Part shown: one piece after another, positions 29,548-38,747 of the stretch
Position numbering within the stretch: the stretch's first letter is position 1
Layout of the letters: each line of letters opens with the position of its first letter
Program-made: the position numbers and the translations under genes
Assembly (NCBI GenBank): GCA_001001045.1
Contig: LCIL01000002.1
Coordinates: forward strand, 9,127 to 73,126
DNA: 64,000 bases
From: Candidatus Woesebacteria bacterium GW2011_GWA1_44_23
GTDB taxonomy: Bacteria > Patescibacteriota > Microgenomatia > UBA8517
Direction of reading: 5' to 3'
The notes under the pieces: model-generated
What the model saw: the letters and a program-made list of their open reading frames with translations, nothing else
What the model was told of the DNA's origin: nothing
The model's database searches: none

Positions 29548-29618
29548 GGGCTTGTCGTTTAATGGTAGGACACGACTCTTATAAAGTCGATGCCATGGTT
29601 CGATTCCATGCGAGCCCA
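29548..29618 (+). tRNA. tRNA-Ile (anticodon TAT/UAU)
   Basis: Manual fold: acceptor GGGCTTG/CGAGCCC, perfect 5-bp anticodon stem CGACT/AGTCG, loop CTTATAA giving anticodon TAT, T-arm CATGG-TTCGATT-CCATG. Confidence 0.7.
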
Positions 29619-29629
29619 CAAATTTGAAG

Positions 29630-30475
29630 TTACTTTTTCTTTTTGAAGGCCTGAGGCATTGCCTCCCAGTCTCTATTTTTCCTGATTTTAAGGTTTTTCT
29701 TCCAAACCGCATCAAGCGCGGATACATCAACTCCCAAATCTTTGGAAAGGCCAAGTATTCCCACCATATCCTTTGGGAAACACGCTCCCCCAAATCCTCT
29801 ATCTCCATCCGGTCCGGGTACTCCCAGGTGTCTGCCTATCCTTGGATCTGCCTCAACCGCTGCCCGAACATCTAAATAATTGGCTCCAACTTTCTGGGCA
29901 ATATCATAAAACTCATTTGCCAGGAGGACCTTCGAAGCCAGGATGAGATTGCTCATATACTTGATAAGTTCGGCGCTCGTTGAGCTAACGATGTAATAAG
30001 GCTGGTCTTTAGGAAGAATGGTTTCGTAGAGTTTCCGTACTCTAAAACCCACATCGGAATTGTCGCAACCAATCACCGTCCGAAATGGTGTAAGAAAATC
30101 CGCATTCGCGTTTTCCTGGGTTAAAAATTCGGGGTTCATTACAAAATTAACCCCGGGAAATTTTGCCGACATTCTTTTCGTAGTTCCGGGAAGAGACGTC
30201 GATTTGATGATTAAAATTTTGTCCGTTCCCGAGATTTTTGGAGCCACTTGTCCAACCACCTCTTCAACAATACTCATATCCATTCCGGAGTAATCCTCAA
30301 AAATCGGTGTGGGAACTGCGATAAAAATAAAATCGCCCTCATCGATCACTTCGTCAAGAGTATTTGGACTTTCTTTAAATTTGTCAAACCAGAAGATTTT
30401 ATTTTCGGGGTTATCCGCGAATCCCTCCCCCGTTGCCCGCCCCACATACCCGTAGCCTATCACTCCGATATTCAT
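29630..30475 (-). CDS. UDP-glucose/GDP-mannose dehydrogenase family protein (short; lacks C-terminal UDP-binding domain)
   Basis: NAD motif IGVIGYGYVG; catalytic Cys region GFGGACFPKD. Start placed at MNIGV (30475). Confidence 0.7.
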   Translation of the reverse strand: MNIGVIGYGYVGRATGEGFADNPENKIFWFDKFKESPNTLDEVIDEGDFIFIAVPTPIFEDYSGMDMSIVEEVVGQVAPKISGTDKILIIKSTSLPGTTKRMSAKFPGVNFVMNPEFLTQENANADFLTPFRTVIGCDNSDVGFRVRKLYETILPKDQPYYIVSSTSAELIKYMSNLILASKVLLANEFYDIAQKVGANYLDVRAAVEADPRIGRHLGVPGPDGDRGFGGACFPKDMVGILGLSKDLGVDVSALDAVWKKNLKIRKNRDWEAMPQAFKKKK

Positions 30476-30488
30476 AGTTTGAAGAATA

Positions 30489-32855
30489 TCAGAGCTTTGC
30501 CCTCCTTGCAATCTCCGCCTCAACTAGTTTTTCGTCCCGCCCATACTTAAGTCTGCTCATTTCTTTAATAATTTCAGCAATTCTCGGGGACTCCATGGCC
30601 TTAATTTTGCTTAAGTCTTTGGTCGTATCAAGGGAAAACGGAGGAACCGGTTCATTATTTACAATCGTTTTAACGTAGGCATGATACCTTTCGACATTTA
30701 GTAAATCGTCTTCGCCAAAAACTGGAGTAAATTCGTGGGCAAGATAACCTGCGTCACTGACCCCTACTCTATAAGCAACAATCGTTCCGACATTTCCAAA
30801 TACGGCGTTTTTGACTTCTTCTTCAACCTGTCCTATAAACTGATTCGCGACACAAAGTCCCAGGCGGTATTTTCTGGCCTCGCTTAAAATTACGGCAAAG
30901 TCGGGCGTAGCAAAGTTCTGAAACTCATCGACATAGAAGTAAAAATCACGCCTTTTATCCATGTCCACATCTACCCTGCTCATAGCGGCCATCAAAACAC
31001 GGGGAACGAGTATCAATCCCAAAAAGTTGCTGTTTTCCTCTCCCAGGCTTCCTTTTGCCAGGTTGATAAGCAAAATCTTGCCTTCGTCCATAACACGCCT
31101 TAAATCAAATGAGCTTTGGGACTGTCCGATGATGTTTCTGATAAGTTTATTTGTAACAAACCGCCCAAATTTTGAAGTAATGTAATCCAATACCTCAGAC
31201 TTGTGGAAGTCTGACGTCTGGGCGATTTGATCTGTCCAATATCTTCTGATAATCGGGTCCTGCACCTTTGGCAAAAGCTCCTGGACAAATCTGGCATCGG
31301 TCAAAATTCTCATAATTTCCACGAATGTGCTTCCCGGTTCATACATTGCGGTAAGCATCGCGTTTCTGACCGCATGTTCAAAACGGGGTCCCACTATTCC
31401 GGTTTTATACGGATCAAAAAGTTTGTACATCATGTTAATTACTGCCGTGGCGGCAAAATGTTTTTCATCTTCAGTCTTAGCCTCAAGAAGATTAAGCCCC
31501 AAAGGGCGTTCCGTGTCACTGGGGTTAAAGTAAATTACATCTTCAGCGCGTTCCGGAGGGATAAGTTTCAGGATATCTTCAATGGCGTCTCCATGGGGAT
31601 CCATAAAGCAAAGTCCTTTCCCTTCCCTTATATCTTGCAGGATCAAACCTTTAAGAAATTCAGATTTTCCGGTTCCGGTTTTTCCAATAACATAAACGTG
31701 TCTCATGCGGTCTTCGTTGCCGATATAAACCTGTCTTTTAATTCCCCTATAGGCGCTAAGTCCCAGATAAAGCCCTTCGGAAGGAATTTGACTCGGGGCG
31801 GGGGCGGTCTTTGAATTCAGCCAAAAAAGATGCGGCGTTGTGATTTGCTTATTGGGAAAATGAAAAATGGTTGCCAACTCTTCAGAATTCAGGATCGAGA
31901 CGTGATTGCCAAAAATGTTAAACATCGGTTGATACCTGTAAAGGAAATCTTCCATAAAAGACGCTTTGTTATAAACTTTGCGGCTTTTTAGATTATTCAG
32001 TTCCCCCGCAAATTGAGCCAGAGAGCTGCCAATGTTAGCTACGTGACTTTTTGCAGACTCTTCGTTCTCTGATACGGCAATGACGCGGATTGAGGTTTCA
32101 AATCCGGGTTTACTTATTTTCGCTTCAATGGCCTCCAGGGTTTTTGCTGAAGTAGAAAACTTTGCTTTTTCCGGATCGCTCTCCTGCTTTTTGATGTCTC
32201 CGATAAATCTGCTCCCTTGTTTTTGCCAGTCGCTTTCTGCAGGAGAAATCAGAATTTGTATTACGGCCGCCTCACCTTGACCCATTTTGGCAAGAGCCGA
32301 GGTAATACCAAGCATTGGATCGGTCGCCAAATCCTTAAAGGTTTTAAGCGGGTAAAAATTACTTTTCCCTAGTTGAAAAGACTTGTAAGCAACACGCCCT
32401 TCGCCATTGAAAACGTTGTACTCGTCTACTTCGATAATTTCCGCATCCGCATAAGCACCGTTTATTTGTTTTTCTATCAGGTCCTTAATTTTTTTTGGCG
32501 CCCAAACGTAAAATCGTATATCTTCCTGTTTGGCAACTATCTCAAAAGAAATTGTCGGTTGGATAGATAATTTTTGCTTCCATCCTCCTTTTTTCATTGA
32601 ATAAAGTGAGGAAAAGAGCTGCTCCATAACGTCTATTTTTGTTTCGTTGTTTCTGGGAACCGCCACCTGGAGGAGAACCGAGTCGATCGAACTTGCTTCT
32701 CTACCCCGATTCCTGAAGTAAATAAAAACGGCATAGCCCAAAGCAACAAGCAAAAAAATCGATATGGCTATTAAAACCGCTGCGACTATTATGCCGGTAA
32801 AATTAAACGAATCAAACAACATATTCTTAAGTCTTTCCCAATATCCGCCAACCAA
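30489..32855 (-). CDS. Membrane-anchored HerA/FtsK-superfamily ATPase (DUF87 / TraD-VirB4-like)
   Basis: N-terminal TM; Walker A VIGKTGTGKS followed by MDPHGD (DPHGEY-like); Walker B YFYVDEFQNF; EARKYRLGL..ANQ arginine-finger region. Confidence 0.6.
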   Translation of the reverse strand: MVGGYWERLKNMLFDSFNFTGIIVAAVLIAISIFLLVALGYAVFIYFRNRGREASSIDSVLLQVAVPRNNETKIDVMEQLFSSLYSMKKGGWKQKLSIQPTISFEIVAKQEDIRFYVWAPKKIKDLIEKQINGAYADAEIIEVDEYNVFNGEGRVAYKSFQLGKSNFYPLKTFKDLATDPMLGITSALAKMGQGEAAVIQILISPAESDWQKQGSRFIGDIKKQESDPEKAKFSTSAKTLEAIEAKISKPGFETSIRVIAVSENEESAKSHVANIGSSLAQFAGELNNLKSRKVYNKASFMEDFLYRYQPMFNIFGNHVSILNSEELATIFHFPNKQITTPHLFWLNSKTAPAPSQIPSEGLYLGLSAYRGIKRQVYIGNEDRMRHVYVIGKTGTGKSEFLKGLILQDIREGKGLCFMDPHGDAIEDILKLIPPERAEDVIYFNPSDTERPLGLNLLEAKTEDEKHFAATAVINMMYKLFDPYKTGIVGPRFEHAVRNAMLTAMYEPGSTFVEIMRILTDARFVQELLPKVQDPIIRRYWTDQIAQTSDFHKSEVLDYITSKFGRFVTNKLIRNIIGQSQSSFDLRRVMDEGKILLINLAKGSLGEENSNFLGLILVPRVLMAAMSRVDVDMDKRRDFYFYVDEFQNFATPDFAVILSEARKYRLGLCVANQFIGQVEEEVKNAVFGNVGTIVAYRVGVSDAGYLAHEFTPVFGEDDLLNVERYHAYVKTIVNNEPVPPFSLDTTKDLSKIKAMESPRIAEIIKEMSRLKYGRDEKLVEAEIARRAKL

Positions 32856-33156
32856 AATACACCGCTCTTTTTATAACCCTGATCCAAAACATTCCCAGCC
32901 AGGTCAGGGACGACTCAATCGACCCTTTTGACCAGGTCGTAAGAGTTTTTGCGTCAGCCGGAGGCTGGACTGTAATCACCTGACTCGGAGGAGTCTGAAT
33001 TAAGGGTTGCCCTTTATCCCCTTTTACCTGCGCCGTAAAGTTTTTTTGGACCACCTTAACTCCTGACAGGCTTAGAGTTTCTGGAACAATAAACTCAGCC
33101 TCTTTAATTTCCTCTACCTGAGGTTCAGGCCCTGGAATTTCGGGTGTAGACGCCAT
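32827..33156 (-). CDS. Hypothetical small protein with C-terminal hydrophobic segment
   Basis: 109-aa ORF directly upstream of the ATPase. Confidence 0.3.
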   Translation of the reverse strand: MASTPEIPGPEPQVEEIKEAEFIVPETLSLSGVKVVQKNFTAQVKGDKGQPLIQTPPSQVITVQPPADAKTLTTWSKGSIESSLTWLGMFWIRVIKRAVYFGWRILGKT

Positions 33157-33180
33157 ATACAGCCATTGTATATCAGTTAA

Positions 33181-33717
33181 CTACCTGCTCCAAGCCTCTT
33201 CTTTCATTCCCTCCTTGAAGTTTGAATACCTTGCCAAAGTATAAACGTAATCGGAAAGTCTGTTAAGATAAATCAATATTTCGGCGGGAACCTTTTCCTT
33301 CTTCGAAAGTCCGACCGCTCTTCTTTCGGCACGTCTAATAAAAGTTCTGGCTAAAAAAAGAAAGCTTCCCGCTTGTCCTCCCCCCGGAAGAATAAAGTGT
33401 GTTAATTTTGTTAGCCGTTTATCCATTTCGCCAATATCCTTTTCCATCTTTTGAGGTAGTTGCCTATCCAACTTGATTTTTGCCCCCGCCAAAACCGCCC
33501 CCACTTCAAAGAGATGTTTTTGAGTATCAGTTATTTTTTTTCTTAATTTTTTGTCTTTGATGAAGGAGGCGGCCAAACCAAGAGAAGTATTTGCTTCATC
33601 GATTGAACCGATTGACTCAATTCTCAAAGAAGACTTACTTACCCGAATTTTTTTTGACCTATTGGGGGAAAAAAGCCCTGTTTCCCCCTTGTCACCCGTT
33701 TTTGTAACAATGGACAT
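33181..33717 (-). CDS. pduO: ATP:cob(I)alamin adenosyltransferase, PduO/MMAB type
   Basis: TKTGDKGETGL N-terminal signature; start placed at MSIVTKTG. Confidence 0.8.
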   Translation of the reverse strand: MSIVTKTGDKGETGLFSPNRSKKIRVSKSSLRIESIGSIDEANTSLGLAASFIKDKKLRKKITDTQKHLFEVGAVLAGAKIKLDRQLPQKMEKDIGEMDKRLTKLTHFILPGGGQAGSFLFLARTFIRRAERRAVGLSKKEKVPAEILIYLNRLSDYVYTLARYSNFKEGMKEEAWSR

Positions 33718-33728
33718 TTGGCTCCATT

Positions 33729-36185
33729 TTAACACTCTGAGTGCCCGCACGCATGACACTTGGCACAGCCCTCTTCGTAAACCAGAGCCGGGCTGCCGCA
33801 GGAAGGGCAGATGTCACCAACCTTTTCCGTTTCTGCTTCTACCGGAGTTTCTTCAATATGAACTTGTAGAGGTACTTGGTGGTCTCCATTGCCTACAAAT
33901 CCAAAGTGGAGAGAAAGTGCCTTGGCGACTGCATCCGGCAAGGATCTTATTTTATTAGGACCGAATCCTACCGAACGACTTCCCCCGATGCCCCTCAATT
34001 GTTCGACTATCTCCCTCGCCCGCTCACGGGGAGGAAGATGATTGCCGAACCTAAGTGTCGTTGAAATCATTCGCCCAAGTGCCTCCGCCATTGCCGCAAC
34101 CTCGCTCCCCGCCTTTCCGATTGTAATAAAAACTTCAAAAGGGTTTCCGCCGGGATCCTGGTTAACTGTGATGAAAGCACTTCCCAGAGGTGTAGCAATT
34201 TTATAGGTAGCTCCATCTACCCTGATGGGTCTTTCTTGAATCAGTTGGGTCTGCACCGGAGAATCACTTGTCTTTGTTTTCTCGCTTACCCCAAGGTTTA
34301 ATACCTGGGCACTCTTACTCCCATCCCTGAAAATCGTAATTCCTTTGCAATTCGTCTCCCAAGCCAAAAGATATGCTTTTTTAACATCGTCGACTGTCGC
34401 ATCATGCCTGAGATTAATGGTTTTACTTACCGCATTCTCCGTATGTTTCTGGAAAACCGACTGCGTCTTGATATGCCATTCGATATCCACCTCGTGAGCC
34501 GTGCCAAAAACCTTCCTGACATCTTCCGGAATTTCTTCTATGTCACGGATAACTCCTTTTTCGGCAACCTTTGCCATGAGAGCGTCAGACCAAAAACCTC
34601 TCGATCGGGCAACTTTCTCAAATTCCGGATTTATAAACGACATTTTTCTATCAAGGTGTTTATCTTTGACAATGTGTTGGTATGCGATTGCAAACATAGG
34701 CTCTATTCCGCTACTTGCCCCGGCAATTATTGAAATTGTGCCCGTGGGAGCGATTGTAGTGACAGTCGAATTCCTTCTGGGAGCTTCTTCCCTGTATATA
34801 GATACCGGCCAGAGAAGAAAAGGTCCCCGTACTTTTGCCAAATTTCTTGATTCCTCTACGGCTTCTTTTTGAATGGTCTTCATAATTTTTTCACCAAGTC
34901 CCATTGCTTCATCGCTGTCATAAGGAATCCCGAGACTTACTAGCATATCTGCCCATCCCCCCACTCCCAGACCAATGCGTCTGCTATTAAAAACGGTTTT
35001 CCGAATCTGGGACAGCGGATAGGGATTGACCTCTATTACATCATCCAAAAACCTAACCGCCTGATGGGTTACTTTCTTGAGTTTTGCCCAATCAACATCT
35101 TTTTTGCCGTTAACCTCCTTGACGAAGTAGGTCAGGAAAATGCTTCCGAGGTTGCATGCGTCAAAAGGATAAAGGGGCTGCTCACCGCATGGGTTGGTAG
35201 ATTCAATGGGACCTAAGGCGGGAACCGGGTTGGCAGTACTTGCATTAATCCTGTCTATAAAAATAAGTCCGGGGTCGCCCGTCCCCCAGGCCCCGTCGGC
35301 GATTTCATCAAAGACTTTTCTAGCCGAAAGTACTCCCGTAACCTGCTTTGTTTTGGGACTAATGAGTTCATAGTCCGCGTCTTTATAATAAGCATCAATA
35401 AATTTGTCAGTAACGGCAACAGAAATATTAAAATTGGTTATGCCACCTTCCTCCTTACAATGGATAAACTCCAAAATATCGGGATGATCTACGCGTATTA
35501 TCCCCATATTCGCTCCTCTTCTTTTGCCCCCCTGTTTAACTTCATTGGTCGCCGCATCAAAAATCCTCATGAACGATACCGGACCCGAAGCGGTACCCGA
35601 AGAAGTTTTGACTATGGACCCATTCGGTCTAAGCCTGGTGAAAGAAAATCCTGTCCCGCCTCCGGTTTTATGGATTATCGCCTGATATTTTAGGGCGTCA
35701 AAAATTCCCTCCATGGAATCCTCAACCGGTAAAACAAAGCAGGCGGAATACTGAAGTCCGTTGCCAGTACCCGCATTCATCAGGGTTGGCGAATTGGGCA
35801 AGAACTCTCTGGAAATCATAAGTTCGTAAAACTCCCTGGCACGGACCTCCACCTCTTTCCTCTTGGCTCCCCATCGTCCTTCCGCTGAGGCAATCTCCCA
35901 GGAAACCCTCCAAACCATTTCTTCAGGAGTCTCAATGGCTTCCAAATTGTCATTCTTGACGAGGTATCTTTCATCAAGAACTTTGAGGGCCTGTTCGGTC
36001 CACTGTCCTTTCGATAGGTTTGTGTCTATTTCGGGTCTCCCTCCTACCTTTTTCTTTATCTCGGTCATTATTTCTTCATAGGAAGGAGCAATCAGATCAT
36101 TCATCAATATCCTGGTTTCGCCGTTTTTGTATACGAATTTCCTTTTTCTTGTTCTAGCAGATTTTTTTGTAGTTTGTAGTTCCAT
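33729..36185 (-). CDS. nrdJ: Adenosylcobalamin-dependent (class II) ribonucleotide reductase
   Basis: 818 aa; class II RNR catalytic core; C-terminal zinc ribbon CPSCGS...CAKCHACG. Confidence 0.9.
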   Translation of the reverse strand: MELQTTKKSARTRKRKFVYKNGETRILMNDLIAPSYEEIMTEIKKKVGGRPEIDTNLSKGQWTEQALKVLDERYLVKNDNLEAIETPEEMVWRVSWEIASAEGRWGAKRKEVEVRAREFYELMISREFLPNSPTLMNAGTGNGLQYSACFVLPVEDSMEGIFDALKYQAIIHKTGGGTGFSFTRLRPNGSIVKTSSGTASGPVSFMRIFDAATNEVKQGGKRRGANMGIIRVDHPDILEFIHCKEEGGITNFNISVAVTDKFIDAYYKDADYELISPKTKQVTGVLSARKVFDEIADGAWGTGDPGLIFIDRINASTANPVPALGPIESTNPCGEQPLYPFDACNLGSIFLTYFVKEVNGKKDVDWAKLKKVTHQAVRFLDDVIEVNPYPLSQIRKTVFNSRRIGLGVGGWADMLVSLGIPYDSDEAMGLGEKIMKTIQKEAVEESRNLAKVRGPFLLWPVSIYREEAPRRNSTVTTIAPTGTISIIAGASSGIEPMFAIAYQHIVKDKHLDRKMSFINPEFEKVARSRGFWSDALMAKVAEKGVIRDIEEIPEDVRKVFGTAHEVDIEWHIKTQSVFQKHTENAVSKTINLRHDATVDDVKKAYLLAWETNCKGITIFRDGSKSAQVLNLGVSEKTKTSDSPVQTQLIQERPIRVDGATYKIATPLGSAFITVNQDPGGNPFEVFITIGKAGSEVAAMAEALGRMISTTLRFGNHLPPRERAREIVEQLRGIGGSRSVGFGPNKIRSLPDAVAKALSLHFGFVGNGDHQVPLQVHIEETPVEAETEKVGDICPSCGSPALVYEEGCAKCHACGHSEC

Positions 36186-36186
36186 A

Positions 36187-36621
36187 TTAGATTAATTTCT
36201 CAAAGTCGCTTAAGTCTTCAAATTCCAGATAAACACTTGCAAACCTGAGCCAGGCCACTTTATCAATTTTCTTCAACCTTTTAAGTACAGCGTTTCCGAT
36301 AACGCGGGTCGGTATTTCCTGCTTATCACTTCTCAACATCTCCATTTCAACAGCGTCGGTGATGTCGTCAACCAGATCTAGTGAAACCGGACGTTTCTCG
36401 ATAGCTCTAAGTATTCCCCTTTTCACCTTCTCCTTGTCAAACACCTCGCGTCTGCCGTCCTTCTTGATCACCCAAAGAAAACTTCTTTTAACCTCCTCTA
36501 TCGTAGTAAAACGCTTATCGCACTTTCCGCATTCTCTGCGCCTCCTGATTGAAACTCCGTCATTTACGGTTCTGCTTTCTAGAACACTTACGTTAGCAGC
36601 GCCGCAAAAAGGACATTTCAT
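36187..36621 (-). CDS. nrdR: Transcriptional repressor NrdR
   Basis: MKCPFCG...CGKC zinc ribbon followed by an ATP-cone; 144 aa. Confidence 0.9.
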   Translation of the reverse strand: MKCPFCGAANVSVLESRTVNDGVSIRRRRECGKCDKRFTTIEEVKRSFLWVIKKDGRREVFDKEKVKRGILRAIEKRPVSLDLVDDITDAVEMEMLRSDKQEIPTRVIGNAVLKRLKKIDKVAWLRFASVYLEFEDLSDFEKLI

Positions 36622-36845
36622 ATTGTTTCACGAATGTAAAATAAAAACTCTACAACTAGTGATGACAATGATTGTCAAACACTACCTCTGGTCTGTCAAC
36701 TAGTAAGTTTTTATACAAAATATATCACCTTACGCACGCGGCGTGCTTGAAATTTTAATAATTCCTGTAGTTTTTGCGGTAATCGAAAAACGCTAAATTG
36801 AAGAGGTACCGAAACAAGCACAAAAAAGTGCAACAATTTATTCAA

Positions 36846-37499
36846 TTAATCCCCATTAAACGGATCAATTGGAGCAGGCAATCCCCTGGAGTTTAAAGCC
36901 TCTTTCGCGGCTTTGTAGGAGTTTTTTGAGTAATCTTCAGTTTTTATTACAAACGGTTTACCGTCATCCGGTACCAAAGGTATCAAACCCATTATCATTT
37001 GTCTATGTTTAAGGGACGCCACGGCCAGTCTTTCCAAAAAAGTCGAAGTGTCATATCCTTGCGATCTGGCGATTGCCTCCTGGGCGACGGCAACTTCCAA
37101 ATATTTTTCCCCTTTGGCTAAAGTGGAAATCGCAATATCGGGCTTCTTTTTTTCAAAAAGAGTTTGAGCGGATACAAGCCTTTTGTCAGAAAACAAAAGT
37201 GCTAATTCTGCCTTTTTGAGAGGTGATGATGTGATCAAATACCAAAGCTTATCCCTTGCGGCCTTAAAAACCCAAAGGGGGTTATCAGGTAAAACCTTCC
37301 CTTGATAGGGCATTTGATAGTTAATCTCGGGGGCTTCGGCTCCTAAAACGGAAGGCTGGGAGATCTGGGCTGTAAATGAATAATAGATTGATGTTGATTG
37401 CAAAATCGAAATGGAAAGAATGGCAAAAGCAAAGACAGAAACGGACAAATTGAGTAAAATCTTTTTCAGCATCGGGTAAGTACTATGGTAATTCCGCAC
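36846..37499 (-). CDS. Hypothetical secreted/anchored protein
   Basis: N-terminal signal anchor; 217 aa. Confidence 0.45.
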   Translation of the reverse strand: MRNYHSTYPMLKKILLNLSVSVFAFAILSISILQSTSIYYSFTAQISQPSVLGAEAPEINYQMPYQGKVLPDNPLWVFKAARDKLWYLITSSPLKKAELALLFSDKRLVSAQTLFEKKKPDIAISTLAKGEKYLEVAVAQEAIARSQGYDTSTFLERLAVASLKHRQMIMGLIPLVPDDGKPFVIKTEDYSKNSYKAAKEALNSRGLPAPIDPFNGD

Positions 37500-37514
37500 T
37501 CAAATGAAGTCAAG

Positions 37515-38162
37515 TCAACGAAAAAGGATTATCGGCCACTCCCAAAGGACGTGCAGCAAGACCGGCCCTGTGATATTTTTGGTTCTGCCGAAAATAAATG
37601 CTGAGCCCATCCCAAAAACTGCTGTTAGGAAAAGGTAAATTATTCCCTGCGGTAGCGTATAATCCCAGACAAAGAAGGCTATAGGGATATGAATCGCCGT
37701 CCAAAGAAGGGTTTGGATGATGTTGGCACTCAACTCGCTTTTTAGGGAAAGCAAAAGTCTACTAAAAATATATCCTCTGAATGCGGTCTCTTCTGAAAAT
37801 GCCGTAATGAAAGAAAGTCCAAGGGAAATCATAAAAGGGGTGCTTCCTAAATTAGCTCCAAAATTAAACCCTCCGTATTTTAGAAAGTTGGTTAGAAGCC
37901 CTTCGCCAACGAAAATTAATCCCAAACCGAGCGAAAGGTAAATTGCGGGAAACAGGTTCTTTAGTGTGATCCCCAACGAAGAAATGCCAAATCCCTCTTT
38001 TCTGAGGAACCAGAAAAGGGGCGTAAGCCACAGAATAGGTTTAACAACGAGCTCTTCTACCTGGTCAGGCAACTGAAAAAGGAAGCGGTAAAACGCCCAA
38101 ATCAAAATAAGATAAACGGAGTAAATGGTGACATTTTTTACTAACGTAGTTTTGGCTACCAT
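37515..38162 (-). CDS. CPBP-family (CAAX / Abi) intramembrane metalloprotease
   Basis: EExxxR motif FSEETAFRGY; downstream conserved His motifs in TM helices. Confidence 0.75.
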   Translation of the reverse strand: MVAKTTLVKNVTIYSVYLILIWAFYRFLFQLPDQVEELVVKPILWLTPLFWFLRKEGFGISSLGITLKNLFPAIYLSLGLGLIFVGEGLLTNFLKYGGFNFGANLGSTPFMISLGLSFITAFSEETAFRGYIFSRLLLSLKSELSANIIQTLLWTAIHIPIAFFVWDYTLPQGIIYLFLTAVFGMGSAFIFGRTKNITGPVLLHVLWEWPIILFR

Positions 38163-38170
38163 TTTCTTTA

Positions 38171-38683
38171 TTACTTAATATTACACTCTTTAAACGACTG
38201 ATCAATCGCATCAATTATCATCTCAACCCGCTCCCCCGCCTCGGGAAGGGTAACTGCGTTTTTTTCATTAGGAAACCAATGGAAAGTCAGATTTCTCGAG
38301 AGTCTCCAAGCATCCCAAAGTTTTTCGGCAAGGCCCTCCCCTTGGCAATGTTGAACTATTTTGTCGTATACCCCGACACGCCTGAGCTCCTTGGGCAGGG
38401 ACGGGTTTAAAGCTTTTCCGATTCTAAAGTGTTTGCCATAATAATCTTCTTCCGTAATAAAATTCAAGTCAAAAAAAAGCTTTTTTAAAAATCCTTCATA
38501 GGCTTTTGCCGCAGGAAAAACAACAAACGAATAATCACTAAATTCCCTTTTCCCACCCGGTAAATCTACTCCCCAACTCTCAACGGCTCTGTAAATAAAT
38601 TCGGAGGTTGCCAGAAGTTTTTGAAGATCGCTGCCCAGGTAGCCCCACCAAGGTCTTTTTTCAAGCTGTTCAATCGTTTCCAT
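38171..38683 (-). CDS. Hypothetical protein (possible HEPN-like, Rx4H)
   Basis: 170 aa, helical; RNLTFH matches Rx4H, which is a weak criterion. Confidence 0.4.
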   Translation of the reverse strand: METIEQLEKRPWWGYLGSDLQKLLATSEFIYRAVESWGVDLPGGKREFSDYSFVVFPAAKAYEGFLKKLFFDLNFITEEDYYGKHFRIGKALNPSLPKELRRVGVYDKIVQHCQGEGLAEKLWDAWRLSRNLTFHWFPNEKNAVTLPEAGERVEMIIDAIDQSFKECNIK

Positions 38684-38747
38684 CCGAAGTTAATTGTACC
38701 AAAAAAATTTGCGGTATACTTAATATGCAGTATAATCTCCCTTCCTT

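Noticed and set aside
31227-31814. 195-aa plus-strand ORF inside the HerA-like ATPase gene
   Set aside because: Antisense shadow of a gene with clear Walker motifs; no features of its own.
36716-36730. ACAAAATATATCACC as a classical NrdR box
   Set aside because: Only the left half-site resembles the acaCwAtATaTwGtgt consensus. The right half does not, so it is not called an NrdR box.
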